From: a virus
Lineage: Duplodnaviria; Caudoviricetes
Length of the DNA stretch: 64,000 nucleotides
IMG/VR virus record: IMGVR_UViG_3300033072_000529
Direction: 5' to 3' (one strand)
Shown here: piece after piece, positions 38,003 to 47,721 of the stretch
Position numbering within the stretch: the first letter of the stretch is position 1
Layout of the letters: each line of letters starts with the position of its first letter
Notes under the pieces: model-generated
Database searches by the model: none
Told to the model about the DNA's origin: nothing
What the model saw: only the letters and a program-made list of their open reading frames with translations
Translations under genes and position numbers: made by a program

Positions 38003-40003
38003 ATGTCTTTAGAACTACTTCAACAGATTTCCCAACGTAAAACCCGACTAGACGAATTAAATAAGCATTTGAAATCCCTGTTCTTTGGTATAGACCAAGA
38101 AATAGATAAGATCGTGGAATCCATGAAGTCATGGTATCTGGTTCCCGATATATTAACCAGTCCCATAATTATAAATCTATGGTCATTAACTGGTCATGGT
38201 AAAACGGCACTGGTTCGTGCTATTGTAGAATTTTTAGATTATAAGGATAAGTTTTGTGAAGTGCAATTATCTGATTCCGTGACAACTGATTCCCCGTCAT
38301 CATTAGCCGAAAAAATATTAAAAGCTGGTATAGGCGAGAGAAAACCGGGTATTATATTACTGGACGAATTCCAGCGTTATAAGACTATTGATAACAACGG
38401 TGAAACGATACGGGATTTACCCTACCAGGATATTTGGATGCTATTAAGTGATGGCAAATTTCCTATAGTTAAGGATTATGCCAAGGATTACCAAGATTTG
38501 TTACGAGATTTTTATTTTACTTGGAAGTCCCGACCTGTGGATAAACCCGGTAATTCTTTGACACCTGAGCCATCCGACTCTAGTGTGGAGTCCCCTAATA
38601 AAACCGAAGAAGACGAAGAAATGGAATTCGGAGCAGGGTCATATACCATGGTTAGACGTTCTAAAGATATTGGATTCAATGCCTATAATGAACATATGGT
38701 ATCTAGATTCCAACAATGCATCAATTATAGTCTTACCAAAGAAGAAATATTCAAGATGACATATTTCAGTGCGGGAGCATATCTGGAAGACTATAATGCT
38801 AAACGCAAATCGACATTTGATTTCACCAAATGTCTCATATTTGTGTGTGGTAATTTAGATCAAGCCTATCCTGGCTCAACGGATGTTGATGATTGCGATA
38901 TGGATGCCGATGTATATCATACTCGCACTCGGAAAGTTTCAATCATTGAAATTAAACAAGCATTAGGTGCCCGATTCAAACCAGAACAGATTTCCCGATT
39001 AGGTAATAACCATATCGTATATCCTTCTTTGAATAAATCGGCATATATGTCAATTATTGAGGATCAATGTAATAAATGTATCGAGCAATCGACCCTGCTA
39101 TCAGGGGTTCAATTTAGTATAGAACAGAACCTCATAAAACAAATATATGATAATGCGGTCTTCCCATCACAGGGTACACGCCCTGTATTTTCCACTATAC
39201 ACATGATGTTTGGTTGCCCAATGGCGAATGGCATATTATGGGCCTTGACCAACAGTTATAATAGTCTTCAAGTTGATATTGATGTTGCAAAATCTAGTCT
39301 AGTGTTCAAACACGGTGAGGATACATTATATGTTCCAATCGACTTCCAGCTTAAGATTCGCAAAGATCGCCACACTGAGGCTTTCCAAGCATTAGTTAGT
39401 GTTCATGAAGTCGGGCATGCTATCGTATACTCCAAATTATTCAAGAAACCCCCAGCATCTATTAAAATCAATATAGCGTCGTTTGATGGAGGATATAATA
39501 TGCTAGATGAGCAATTCCCGTCTGCACAGGATGTATTAGATAATATATGTGTAGGTTTAGCTGGTATAGTGGCGGAAGAAATAGTGTTTGGCGAAGGCAA
39601 TAGATCAACGGGGTCTGCTAGTGATTTATTATCATGTACTTCTCAAGCAGGACAATATTACCGTCGATGGGCGATGGGCACTAAATTAGCGGTGCAAATG
39701 AAAGACCAAAGCAGTCTATATGTTCACAATTTAGATGAATCTGATAAGCATATAGAGAAATTGCTAAAGGAACAGAAATCGCGCTGCAACCGTATTATGA
39801 TGGATCATCACAAGTTTTTACTAACTTGCTCCATGGATTTACTTCAACGAAAAGAATTCACTCGCGCAGAATTTAGAGAATATGCACGATCCGAATTCAA
39901 CTTCGAGTCATCTAATAAAGATGAATCAAAGATTGATACTACATCGGATTATGCAGCATTATTATATGCTGCTGCCGAGGCTAAATCATGCAAACCTGCA
40001 TAA
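38003..40003 (+). CDS. soluble AAA+ ATPase fused to FtsH-type M41 zinc peptidase
   Basis: FFGID..I, SLTGHGKT, LLDEFQ, PEQISRLG; HEVGH, LAG.VAEE.VFG, STGS.SDL; no TM segment; promoter TTGCAT-N16-TAAAGT-N5-ATG. Confidence 0.85.
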   Translation: MSLELLQQISQRKTRLDELNKHLKSLFFGIDQEIDKIVESMKSWYLVPDILTSPIIINLWSLTGHGKTALVRAIVEFLDYKDKFCEVQLSDSVTTDSPSSLAEKILKAGIGERKPGIILLDEFQRYKTIDNNGETIRDLPYQDIWMLLSDGKFPIVKDYAKDYQDLLRDFYFTWKSRPVDKPGNSLTPEPSDSSVESPNKTEEDEEMEFGAGSYTMVRRSKDIGFNAYNEHMVSRFQQCINYSLTKEEIFKMTYFSAGAYLEDYNAKRKSTFDFTKCLIFVCGNLDQAYPGSTDVDDCDMDADVYHTRTRKVSIIEIKQALGARFKPEQISRLGNNHIVYPSLNKSAYMSIIEDQCNKCIEQSTLLSGVQFSIEQNLIKQIYDNAVFPSQGTRPVFSTIHMMFGCPMANGILWALTNSYNSLQVDIDVAKSSLVFKHGEDTLYVPIDFQLKIRKDRHTEAFQALVSVHEVGHAIVYSKLFKKPPASIKINIASFDGGYNMLDEQFPSAQDVLDNICVGLAGIVAEEIVFGEGNRSTGSASDLLSCTSQAGQYYRRWAMGTKLAVQMKDQSSLYVHNLDESDKHIEKLLKEQKSRCNRIMMDHHKFLLTCSMDLLQRKEFTRAEFREYARSEFNFESSNKDESKIDTTSDYAALLYAAAEAKSCKPA

Positions 40004-41484
40004 TCCTCTTGATTGTAGAATACGCCATCCACTATAGGGTATAGTGGATCGCCGTTATCGAAATACACAGATACATGTGAACCGACTCCAGGTATGCTTA
40101 TCATACCTTTCACTTTGTTATTCTGTGTATTTCCTATTATAGGAGGAAGGATATCAGGTTGTAACTGTTGGTTTAATCCATATATTTTATTAGGGTCTAA
40201 AGTTGATGGTATGGTAGTGCCCATATTTCCTCCTTGTTTGGATTGCATATTAGTCGATCCAATATTATTCTGTAGTAGATTATAAGCAGGCAGAAATTTA
40301 CTATTAGGCATATTGAACATATTACCTGCGCCTCCCCCATGATTATATTGGGGAGTGTTTATGATGCCAGGAGGTAATATAGGTGTAGTAGGTTTGGCTT
40401 CTACCGTTTGATAGGGTGCTAATACTTGCGACAATACGCCTAATCTAGGGGATGATAAATTGGGTTGTTGAGTAGCATCCACCGTCTGCACTACCCAGTG
40501 AGATATATCGTCTGCGTTGAATATGTATGTTCGAGGCGCAGCATAGGTTGTAGGGGTTTGAATCGAGTCTGCTACTCCACTCCCCTCTAAACTCGCAGAA
40601 GCCTGTACACTCACTCTACGACGCAATCGCGCATTGCCTCCTATATTCACTTCAAATTGCGTACCTGTCAGAGTTAATGCGGAACTATTAGTTGCCAATA
40701 TTTGACCATTAGGCTGAATTATGTTCACGGGAACACTCGTAGGCGTAGTAACTTTTGTAGGAGTGACATCAGCCGTGTATAGTATAGGTTTAGAAAAAGT
40801 CTGAGTTACTAATTGCGTAGTTCTGGCTATAGATGCAGTAAATTCATTCGGTCCACCGACATCTGTAGTAGCTGTAACCCCTACAAATCGTCGTCTATTA
40901 GGATTACCTGTTATGCTGATAGTTATTTGTGATATATTATCCTCAGTCGGATTAGCAGAAGGTGTAGGAGTTTTAGTAATAGCAGGTGCAGTAGATACGG
41001 TATCAGGTGCCACTATATGACTCAACGTGTTTTCCGGTGATAAGGCTACAACTTGAGTAGTTTTAGTATTATTCGGACTTACCATATATGGCGTACCAGA
41101 TAATCTATCAGCCAATGATGTTATTGGTGTAGGAGGTAGACTAGTATTCAGATCATTGGATTGAACAGTCTTATTACTGTCATTAGTAGGTTCATAATGA
41201 TCACTATCAGCATTATAAAAACCTGCGGTGCCCATGCCGAATATTGGCTGTTTCACTTGTCCCCAAGGTAGAGCTTGTTTGAGCCTTAATAATATCTCAG
41301 GTGTTAAAGAAGATGCCAAGTTATTCCCTGGATAAGTTACATGTTTATCTACGGTTTTGTCCTTATTCCACTTATCAAAAAGTGTCATATTAACTTCTGG
41401 AACAAAAACTTTCACTCGTCCTATTTTATCAGGATCGTCGTTTTGTATCACTATTCCTCTGTAACTGTGGGGGTATTTTGTCAT
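39949..41484 (-). CDS. gp5: gp5/VgrG-type N-terminal OB-fold protein with long Thr/Pro-rich insertion
   Basis: YRGIVIQNDDPDKIGRVKVFVP...LPW at the N-terminus; GMISIPGVGSHVSVYFDNGDPLYP at the C-terminus. Confidence 0.75.
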   Translation of the reverse strand: MTKYPHSYRGIVIQNDDPDKIGRVKVFVPEVNMTLFDKWNKDKTVDKHVTYPGNNLASSLTPEILLRLKQALPWGQVKQPIFGMGTAGFYNADSDHYEPTNDSNKTVQSNDLNTSLPPTPITSLADRLSGTPYMVSPNNTKTTQVVALSPENTLSHIVAPDTVSTAPAITKTPTPSANPTEDNISQITISITGNPNRRRFVGVTATTDVGGPNEFTASIARTTQLVTQTFSKPILYTADVTPTKVTTPTSVPVNIIQPNGQILATNSSALTLTGTQFEVNIGGNARLRRRVSVQASASLEGSGVADSIQTPTTYAAPRTYIFNADDISHWVVQTVDATQQPNLSSPRLGVLSQVLAPYQTVEAKPTTPILPPGIINTPQYNHGGGAGNMFNMPNSKFLPAYNLLQNNIGSTNMQSKQGGNMGTTIPSTLDPNKIYGLNQQLQPDILPPIIGNTQNNKVKGMISIPGVGSHVSVYFDNGDPLYPIVDGVFYNQEDYAGLHDLASAAAYNNAA

Positions 41485-42446
41485 TATACTTTAGCATTCT
41501 TCTTGGACTCATCCGCCACTGGTAATTCAGGGTTATACAACACTGGTCTATTAAGACCGTCTGCTACATATTCACCGTTTTCGGCAGATATATTATATAA
41601 TTTAGCTCTGTTTTGACTGTTGTATTCTATAGGATAATAAGCATTTAACAGTTGTACTGTTGGTCCAAAGTGTTGAACTGTTTGTAGTGCGCTTTCTTGC
41701 ATTGCGCCTTTTATTCTAGCAGCATTTTTCACATCCGGCATCATACTTAATCCATGTGCTTTAGAGGAATCCGTATTCACCAAACTAGTACAATGCGGTC
41801 TAATACCTCTATTGAATAGTATATTAACCATGTTATGGGAGTCATCTAGCAAAGTTGCAGATGGTTTATAGATTTTGGATTGTGTTATACGTCCTAGGCG
41901 ATTGGATGTACCCATCTTCAAACCATCTGATTGTATACGATTTACATGTGATACATCCTGGGAACCTAACACGATTTGTCCAAATGTGCCCACATAATTA
42001 GACACTTCTTGGAAATGTGGATATTTACCTATATTCAGTTGAATATAGTTGTTTATAACAGGACTAATAGATTGACATTTGTTGATGAATGCTCTATATA
42101 AAGGCACATCCATATCATTGGCGACTATGTTGTTTATTCGTCCAACACTGGATTGTGTAGTGGGTATAGTCTTGAGCATTTGTATAGCGTTTCTAGCATA
42201 ATCTCTATAACCTTTGAATTTACCCGATGTGCTACTTAAGTAGTTTATTATGTTGAGTATATTGGCATTCATCCCTGACCAGGGTCCATGGAATTCTGAT
42301 ATAAGTTGCAACACTTGATCGATAGGGTATTGACTGTGTTCCATGGCTAATCGCAACTCATCGAAGATAGTCGGGTTATTATCCCTCTTTCCCGATGGAG
42401 GAGTATATATACGTTGAAGTATATTTTCGTTTACAATTTGGGCCAT
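41484..42446 (-). CDS. hypothetical (probable baseplate-region) protein
   Basis: 320 aa in the late structural block; TTAAATA 5 nt before ATG. Confidence 0.55.
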   Translation of the reverse strand: MAQIVNENILQRIYTPPSGKRDNNPTIFDELRLAMEHSQYPIDQVLQLISEFHGPWSGMNANILNIINYLSSTSGKFKGYRDYARNAIQMLKTIPTTQSSVGRINNIVANDMDVPLYRAFINKCQSISPVINNYIQLNIGKYPHFQEVSNYVGTFGQIVLGSQDVSHVNRIQSDGLKMGTSNRLGRITQSKIYKPSATLLDDSHNMVNILFNRGIRPHCTSLVNTDSSKAHGLSMMPDVKNAARIKGAMQESALQTVQHFGPTVQLLNAYYPIEYNSQNRAKLYNISAENGEYVADGLNRPVLYNPELPVADESKKNAKV

Positions 42447-42450
42447 ATAG

Positions 42451-44019
42451 TTATTTAATTATGATAGTATCGTCCGCAGTGAAAGCTACGTCATCATATT
42501 TGTGCGTTTTAATCCCTGTCATGTTGGTGTAATATCCAACTTGAGTAGTCGAAAAATAGTGAACTACATTAGTGATGAGATATTGCCCTTCTATCAAATG
42601 ATCATAATCTTGGTCATTTGTGGTCCGTTTAGATATAGCAAAAAATCGACCGGGTTGTCGTATTGTAAATCCTCGTAATGAGAAATTTATACCTAAATTA
42701 TCGAATAGATAGTATTTCAACAATTTGTTTTTACCATCCGCAAATCTAGCAATATCAGTTTGTCTAGGGGTATATATGGTTTGGGTGTTATACCCTTGGG
42801 TTATATAGTTAGTTAATGGTATTCGATCATCTGTTGATTTGGTGACAACATTAGGTATAATGTTTTGCTGGGCATAGGTCTTAATATTTTCAGTGGAGTG
42901 ATCTTTGCATTCAAAATTATATTGACCATCTTTCGTATTATATGAACATACAACTCTATTAGTTAGATGATTACTATAATCTTTACCCACCATATCTACC
43001 AGTTGGTAACTGGCTATCTCAGAGTATTCTGCTCCTTTAACATCTTTGGATACAGACATGGCAGATGATTCCGGTGATTTTTTAAGATATATACCACCTG
43101 ATTGTGCTATTGTCTCACTATGCTCCTGTAGATAAAAGTGTTCCATCTGATATTCCCCTGGTTCAGTCAATGACTTTCCTGCTTTATCAAAGTAACTTTT
43201 AATCGGTAATAAGGAGAATTGTCTAGGGGTATTCTTTTGTTCAGGGCGTTCCAATTTTAATATACAAGGTTGATTGAATGTATCATCTGATGATGTATGC
43301 AATGCTGATAGATAATTCAGATCATCTAAGAATCGATGATTGGAGGGAGACGTGTAGAACACTTTATTTTTATCAGAACCAGAATCCCATTTATCAGTAT
43401 TGTATAATTTGGCGTGTTTCTTGAAATCCTCATCCTGTAAAATCAATTCACCCAAGGCTTCTCCGGTTTTCAATGATCGTTCATCATTGTTTAATTTATG
43501 GATATCCTTTTTGTTTTTATTAGCACCAATGGTAGCAGTGGAGAATTCTATGTTTTTCTCCGCCATCATTTGGTGTGTTTTTTCTATGAAATATATTTTT
43601 TTAGCCTTGTTTGGTATATTACTATGGATATAGTCCTCCACATCTACTATAGATGCTTCTATTTCTATACGCCATAGTGCTTCTGGTAATTCTATACTAT
43701 TACCGGTTACAGCCGGATCATTTTTAGGATATATGGATATGAATATGGTATCTCTACCATCCCCTCTGAATTTATATATCAATTTGGTGTTGTCACTACC
43801 TGTTAGTTTGATAGTGTCCTCTGATGATCGTTCCAAAGTGTTATGGGGTGATTTTAATAGTATACTTCCTTTAGTAGCCCAATCAAAAATATCCTCTTCT
43901 ATATATAGATCATCCCATGCTTCTGGACGCAATTGTATATCATTTACACCGTTATATAAACGTACAATACATTCAAAATCATTACCGTTGAATGATATAT
44001 CATTGGGATTCGGGGTCAT
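42451..44019 (-). CDS. baseplate hub (gp27/GPD-like) protein
   Basis: L.IEEDIF.W..KGSI at the N-terminus; C-terminal F...G...RQPG ... GQYLITNVVHYF...Y.T; next to gp5 and gp53. Confidence 0.55.
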   Translation of the reverse strand: MTPNPNDISFNGNDFECIVRLYNGVNDIQLRPEAWDDLYIEEDIFDWATKGSILLKSPHNTLERSSEDTIKLTGSDNTKLIYKFRGDGRDTIFISIYPKNDPAVTGNSIELPEALWRIEIEASIVDVEDYIHSNIPNKAKKIYFIEKTHQMMAEKNIEFSTATIGANKNKKDIHKLNNDERSLKTGEALGELILQDEDFKKHAKLYNTDKWDSGSDKNKVFYTSPSNHRFLDDLNYLSALHTSSDDTFNQPCILKLERPEQKNTPRQFSLLPIKSYFDKAGKSLTEPGEYQMEHFYLQEHSETIAQSGGIYLKKSPESSAMSVSKDVKGAEYSEIASYQLVDMVGKDYSNHLTNRVVCSYNTKDGQYNFECKDHSTENIKTYAQQNIIPNVVTKSTDDRIPLTNYITQGYNTQTIYTPRQTDIARFADGKNKLLKYYLFDNLGINFSLRGFTIRQPGRFFAISKRTTNDQDYDHLIEGQYLITNVVHYFSTTQVGYYTNMTGIKTHKYDDVAFTADDTIIIK

Positions 44020-44028
44020 ATGAAATAT

Positions 44029-44358
44029 TTAATCTGGTAAATTGATTTGTGAAATTATATCAGATACCACGAAAGATTTCAATATTTTAATTTTGGTATT
44101 GGCTAGAGATTCAAAAGGATTGATAATATTATTAGCTATCAATATAGTCCACCATAAGCGATTATCCCCATAGTATCTATTGGCTAGATCATACCAATTA
44201 TCTGATGATGTCATATAGTACTCATCATATAAGGATGCATCAATATCGCCATCTATATATATTGAATTTAATAGATTATAATATTCGTAGCCATCCTCAT
44301 CTGTATAGGTTTGAAATATATTTGCCATGTCTACGGCAGCTAGTTTATTATTAGTCAT
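44029..44358 (-). CDS. gp53: baseplate wedge gp53/LysM-like protein
   Basis: D.W..LA.RYYGD.RLWW.IL.AN.I.NPF. Confidence 0.8.
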   Translation of the reverse strand: MTNNKLAAVDMANIFQTYTDEDGYEYYNLLNSIYIDGDIDASLYDEYYMTSSDNWYDLANRYYGDNRLWWTILIANNIINPFESLANTKIKILKSFVVSDIISQINLPD

Positions 44359-45334
44359 TGTTGATATTTATGTCCTGTATTTTTATCAATTCTAATAGTG
44401 CATCAGGATTCGACCAATCTATATTAGCAATAGCCTGCACTGTTTTGCCAGAATATACTTTCTCTAATATATTTCTATATGGTAGGAATAGAGATTGTAT
44501 ATTCATGGTTATGCGGAATGCTTCTGGTATAACTTTGTTTACACCATTTATATTCATCATTCGTTTATTACCTAAATCTGTGACCTCTAAGGAGTTCATA
44601 AAGGCAGCAGGTAGATTGACCACGCCGGGAATATTAACGGAGTATATACAGGTTGGATCAACTATGGCTACCCCTCGTCGGAAAGGACTTTGTTGATAGG
44701 TTAATAATTCCACCAATTTAACATTTTGAGTAATATCTTGTACGGTGGCAGAATTGAATAGATCGAAAGTTATGATATATCCGCTATCATTTGTACCAGT
44801 CCATTGGCGAGGATTATCTAGACTCAATTTACCGGGGACTATTCCACTACCCACTTGCATAGCAGCACCAACCATAGCAGTGAACGTACTAGCACCCCCT
44901 ATCTTATTACTCAAGCCAGGAACAGTATGACCAAATGATAATAATTCACTAAAAGGATTCTTGCCATCTTCATATGAAAATTCTGTATTACGGGATACCC
45001 GTTTAGTGTCAAAATAAGGGAATCTATAACTGAAACCCGTTGGTTCCGCAATATACTTCAATTGAAACACATCAGCGGGGTCTTTCGGTCCAGATATTAA
45101 TTGTGATGGATTTTGGATTAATCCTGGCAAAACTCTTGCAAAGTATAGAATGCTGGCTATAATTTTGCCTGCGGTTTGTTGGTATTCTATCAGTTCAATA
45201 TAGGGCACATCCTTGCGAGGGAAGGTGGGGGATAGAGTCCAAGAAAAATCCTTAACAACGTCTATGAAACCCGCACCATTGGCGGGTTTCATAAAACGGC
45301 TTGATTTATCAGATATCACATAATCTATAGGCAC
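44351..45334 (-). CDS. tail-tube/baseplate junction protein (gp48/gp54-like)
   Basis: Position before gp53; F.L.N, P.CIY.V.IPG, A.M..L.V, P....IT..I..L pattern. Confidence 0.4.
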   Translation of the reverse strand: MPIDYVISDKSSRFMKPANGAGFIDVVKDFSWTLSPTFPRKDVPYIELIEYQQTAGKIIASILYFARVLPGLIQNPSQLISGPKDPADVFQLKYIAEPTGFSYRFPYFDTKRVSRNTEFSYEDGKNPFSELLSFGHTVPGLSNKIGGASTFTAMVGAAMQVGSGIVPGKLSLDNPRQWTGTNDSGYIITFDLFNSATVQDITQNVKLVELLTYQQSPFRRGVAIVDPTCIYSVNIPGVVNLPAAFMNSLEVTDLGNKRMMNINGVNKVIPEAFRITMNIQSLFLPYRNILEKVYSGKTVQAIANIDWSNPDALLELIKIQDININND

Positions 45335-45343
45335 ATATATTAT

Positions 45344-46078
45344 TTATGATCCTGATACAGGTGGTTTTTTGTATATCTCTAAACGTTCCACTAAGAATTT
45401 GACTAGTTCTGATCTTTTGATATCTTCCACACCAAAAGTTCTAACATGAATGCCATAATTCTGTGCCTCTGCATCCAAAAGTTTTTCATATACTGAACTG
45501 AATTGATTATGTTGTTTAATATCAGTCTGTAAGGAGTCGCCCATCAGAAAAATCTTGCAATTATCTGCACAACGTGTTAATATGGTTAATAGTTCTTTAT
45601 ATAGAATATTTTGGGATTCTTCTACTATGATTACGCAGTCTTTGAAATTTCGTCCCCGTAGATAGGATATAGGCGCAAACTCTATTTTGTCTGATTTTCT
45701 AAATTCTGCCAATTCTTCTTCGGTGATGAAATTAGAACATGCTTCGAAAGCAGTTTGAAACCATTCTTCCACTTTATCGTTTTTAGAACCCGGTAAATAT
45801 CCCAAATGTGCCTGTGATGATTCCACCACACTACGTATATATACGATTTTGTTTATCTTTTGGCGATTTAGTAGATTAAGGGCTGCATACATGGCACATA
45901 CACTTTTACCTGTACCTGCTGGTCCTTCGACAAATATAGCTCTAGAGTTAATATTTAACATCAGCTTTATTAATTCTGATTGTTTCTCTGTCCAGTCAAA
46001 AGGTTCTGATAATAGAATATCGCCTTTTAGTTTTCTTTTTACTTCCCCGATGTTTTTGATGCGGTGTTTAGCTGACAT
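45344..46078 (-). CDS. phoH: PhoH-family ATPase
   Basis: GPAGTGKS, RSVVE, LGYLPG, YLRGRNF, EESQN, LTR, GD..Q.D, DI.RS. Confidence 0.95.
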   Translation of the reverse strand: MSAKHRIKNIGEVKRKLKGDILLSEPFDWTEKQSELIKLMLNINSRAIFVEGPAGTGKSVCAMYAALNLLNRQKINKIVYIRSVVESSQAHLGYLPGSKNDKVEEWFQTAFEACSNFITEEELAEFRKSDKIEFAPISYLRGRNFKDCVIIVEESQNILYKELLTILTRCADNCKIFLMGDSLQTDIKQHNQFSSVYEKLLDAEAQNYGIHVRTFGVEDIKRSELVKFLVERLEIYKKPPVSGS

Positions 46079-46101
46079 ATGCAGTGTATGTCGATTACTT
46101 A

Positions 46102-46587
46102 CTACTTTCCCAGTATAGTGTTTATATTTTTTTCAGTTATTATTATGAACGACACATCGCGTCCTTTTCTTCGTTTTTCTTCACACCATTTCTCTGCTGC
46201 CGCCCATTTATCTTGATTGGTTCTATACGTCATCTGTTCATATAGAATAGTAGATGGCTTCTTATTACCATGTGTAGTAGGTTTCACACATTGCTTAGAT
46301 GGTTTCAGTTCTACTATAAATTCTTTGACTTCTGTTTCCGATATGCGTATACGGAAACAGAAGTCTACAAAATAACGGGCATTTCGTTTCTCTATAGATT
46401 TATAATAAGGTATAACGGTTTGTTCAGAACTCCATGAAATAACATTAGGATTCTTATCCAATACCAACATTAAAGATAATTCTAATCCAGATCGATATAT
46501 TATACGACCTTTATTAGTGCATTTATCCTTGTTTTTTGGGGTGAATACTCCCTGTTTGAATTCCCGATATGTCCTCTTTTTTCCCAT
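46102..46587 (-). CDS. gp4: head completion nuclease (TnsA-like)
   Basis: QG.F.PKN..K, YRSG.E, WSSE..VIPY, RYFVDF, VE.KP..Q, N..KW.AA. Confidence 0.85.
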   Translation of the reverse strand: MGKKRTYREFKQGVFTPKNKDKCTNKGRIIYRSGLELSLMLVLDKNPNVISWSSEQTVIPYYKSIEKRNARYFVDFCFRIRISETEVKEFIVELKPSKQCVKPTTHGNKKPSTILYEQMTYRTNQDKWAAAEKWCEEKRRKGRDVSFIIITEKNINTILGK

Positions 46588-46828
46588 TTTTATTATCTAA
46601 ATCCACTATCTCGACTTTACTTTTATATGATTGTAGTTCTGCTTCCGCATTATTAAGTTTCTTCTCTAATCTATCAGATTCAGCTTGTTTATAATAATGT
46701 GTTATAATAGAACTAGCTATGCCTATGAAATATTCCGCCGAAAGTTTATCCATAAAGAATGCCAAGACAATGGCACCCAATATAATAAACGCATATATAT
46801 CTTTAGCGGTTATAGTAGGCATACGCAT
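46523..46828 (-). CDS. small two-TM membrane protein (holin-like)
   Basis: Two hydrophobic segments then a charged coiled tail. Confidence 0.4.
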   Translation of the reverse strand: MRMPTITAKDIYAFIILGAIVLAFFMDKLSAEYFIGIASSIITHYYKQAESDRLEKKLNNAEAELQSYKSKVEIVDLDNKNGKKEDISGIQTGSIHPKKQG

Positions 46829-47148
46829 TATTTTAGTAGATCATCTAATGCATTTAGAGCATTAGTTAGTTCTAATTTAGGGTCATCTGTAGATTGTGCA
46901 GATACAGGAGGTACAAACCCGATAATTGGGCCATATTTCAGAATCAAATCTTTTAGTTTGATAAGTGTAGATTCTACACCTGGGACATATTGCTTGATTA
47001 TATTACCCAATTTGGTATTATCGGTTTGTTTGGATACTATTTGAATCACTGCTAAGGCTTTGTCTAGGACAATATAAACAGTGTCGATTGCGGCTTTGAT
47101 TTTGCCGATGTTGGTTGCTATCTTAAATGCTGCGAAAATGTTGGACAT
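46828..47148 (-). CDS. hypothetical amphipathic protein
   Basis: ATG 47148 preceded by GATAAGTA (47158-47165, - strand). Confidence 0.55.
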   Translation of the reverse strand: MSNIFAAFKIATNIGKIKAAIDTVYIVLDKALAVIQIVSKQTDNTKLGNIIKQYVPGVESTLIKLKDLILKYGPIIGFVPPVSAQSTDDPKLELTNALNALDDLLK

Positions 47149-47205
47149 ATACACTTGTACTTATCTTTTCTCTTGACTTCCCAAAGGGAAGGATTATCAT
47201 ATAGT

Positions 47206-47721
47206 ATGAAAAAAGTTATATCTATACTATTATTAAGTACAATATTTGCGGTGTCTAGTTTGGCCCAGCAAGTACCTCCAACAATTCCTCCTGCGGAATT
47301 GAATACCACCATATCAGAGAAATATTCCTCAGTAGATTTGGCCAAATCCCTAGCATTTAAGCAAGAAGTCAAACGACTAATCAAAGATTTTGCCGACAAG
47401 GGTAATATGGCGTCTGCTAGAAATGTCTATGACTATCTAATCAGCATAGACCCTGATGCAGATGTGTTGAAGACTGACTTTTTTATTAATAAAACCTGGA
47501 AAAGAGAGAATCGATCATTGTATAGATTCGCTCGCGATGGCACAGGCGTTCTGAAAGACAGCGGAACCGTGTCGAATTTCTCCTGGTCTAAAAATGCAGG
47601 GGTAATACACATCATTACATCCCAAGGTGTGCATACCTATGTGCGTTTTGTTACTAAGAATATCGCAGCAATAGGTGAAAACCCTGATCTACCACAGCCT
47701 AAAAAACTAGAATTAAACTGA
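47206..47721 (+). CDS. secreted protein with Sec signal peptide (start moved to ATG 47206)
   Basis: MKKVISILLLSTIFAVSSLA|QQ; TTGACT-N16-TATCAT-N5-ATG. Confidence 0.7.
   Translation: MKKVISILLLSTIFAVSSLAQQVPPTIPPAELNTTISEKYSSVDLAKSLAFKQEVKRLIKDFADKGNMASARNVYDYLISIDPDADVLKTDFFINKTWKRENRSLYRFARDGTGVLKDSGTVSNFSWSKNAGVIHIITSQGVHTYVRFVTKNIAAIGENPDLPQPKKLELN

Noticed and set aside
37947-39949. Intein-mediated rejoining of the two gp5-like parts
   Set aside because: No Cys/Ser block A or terminal HN motif at either end
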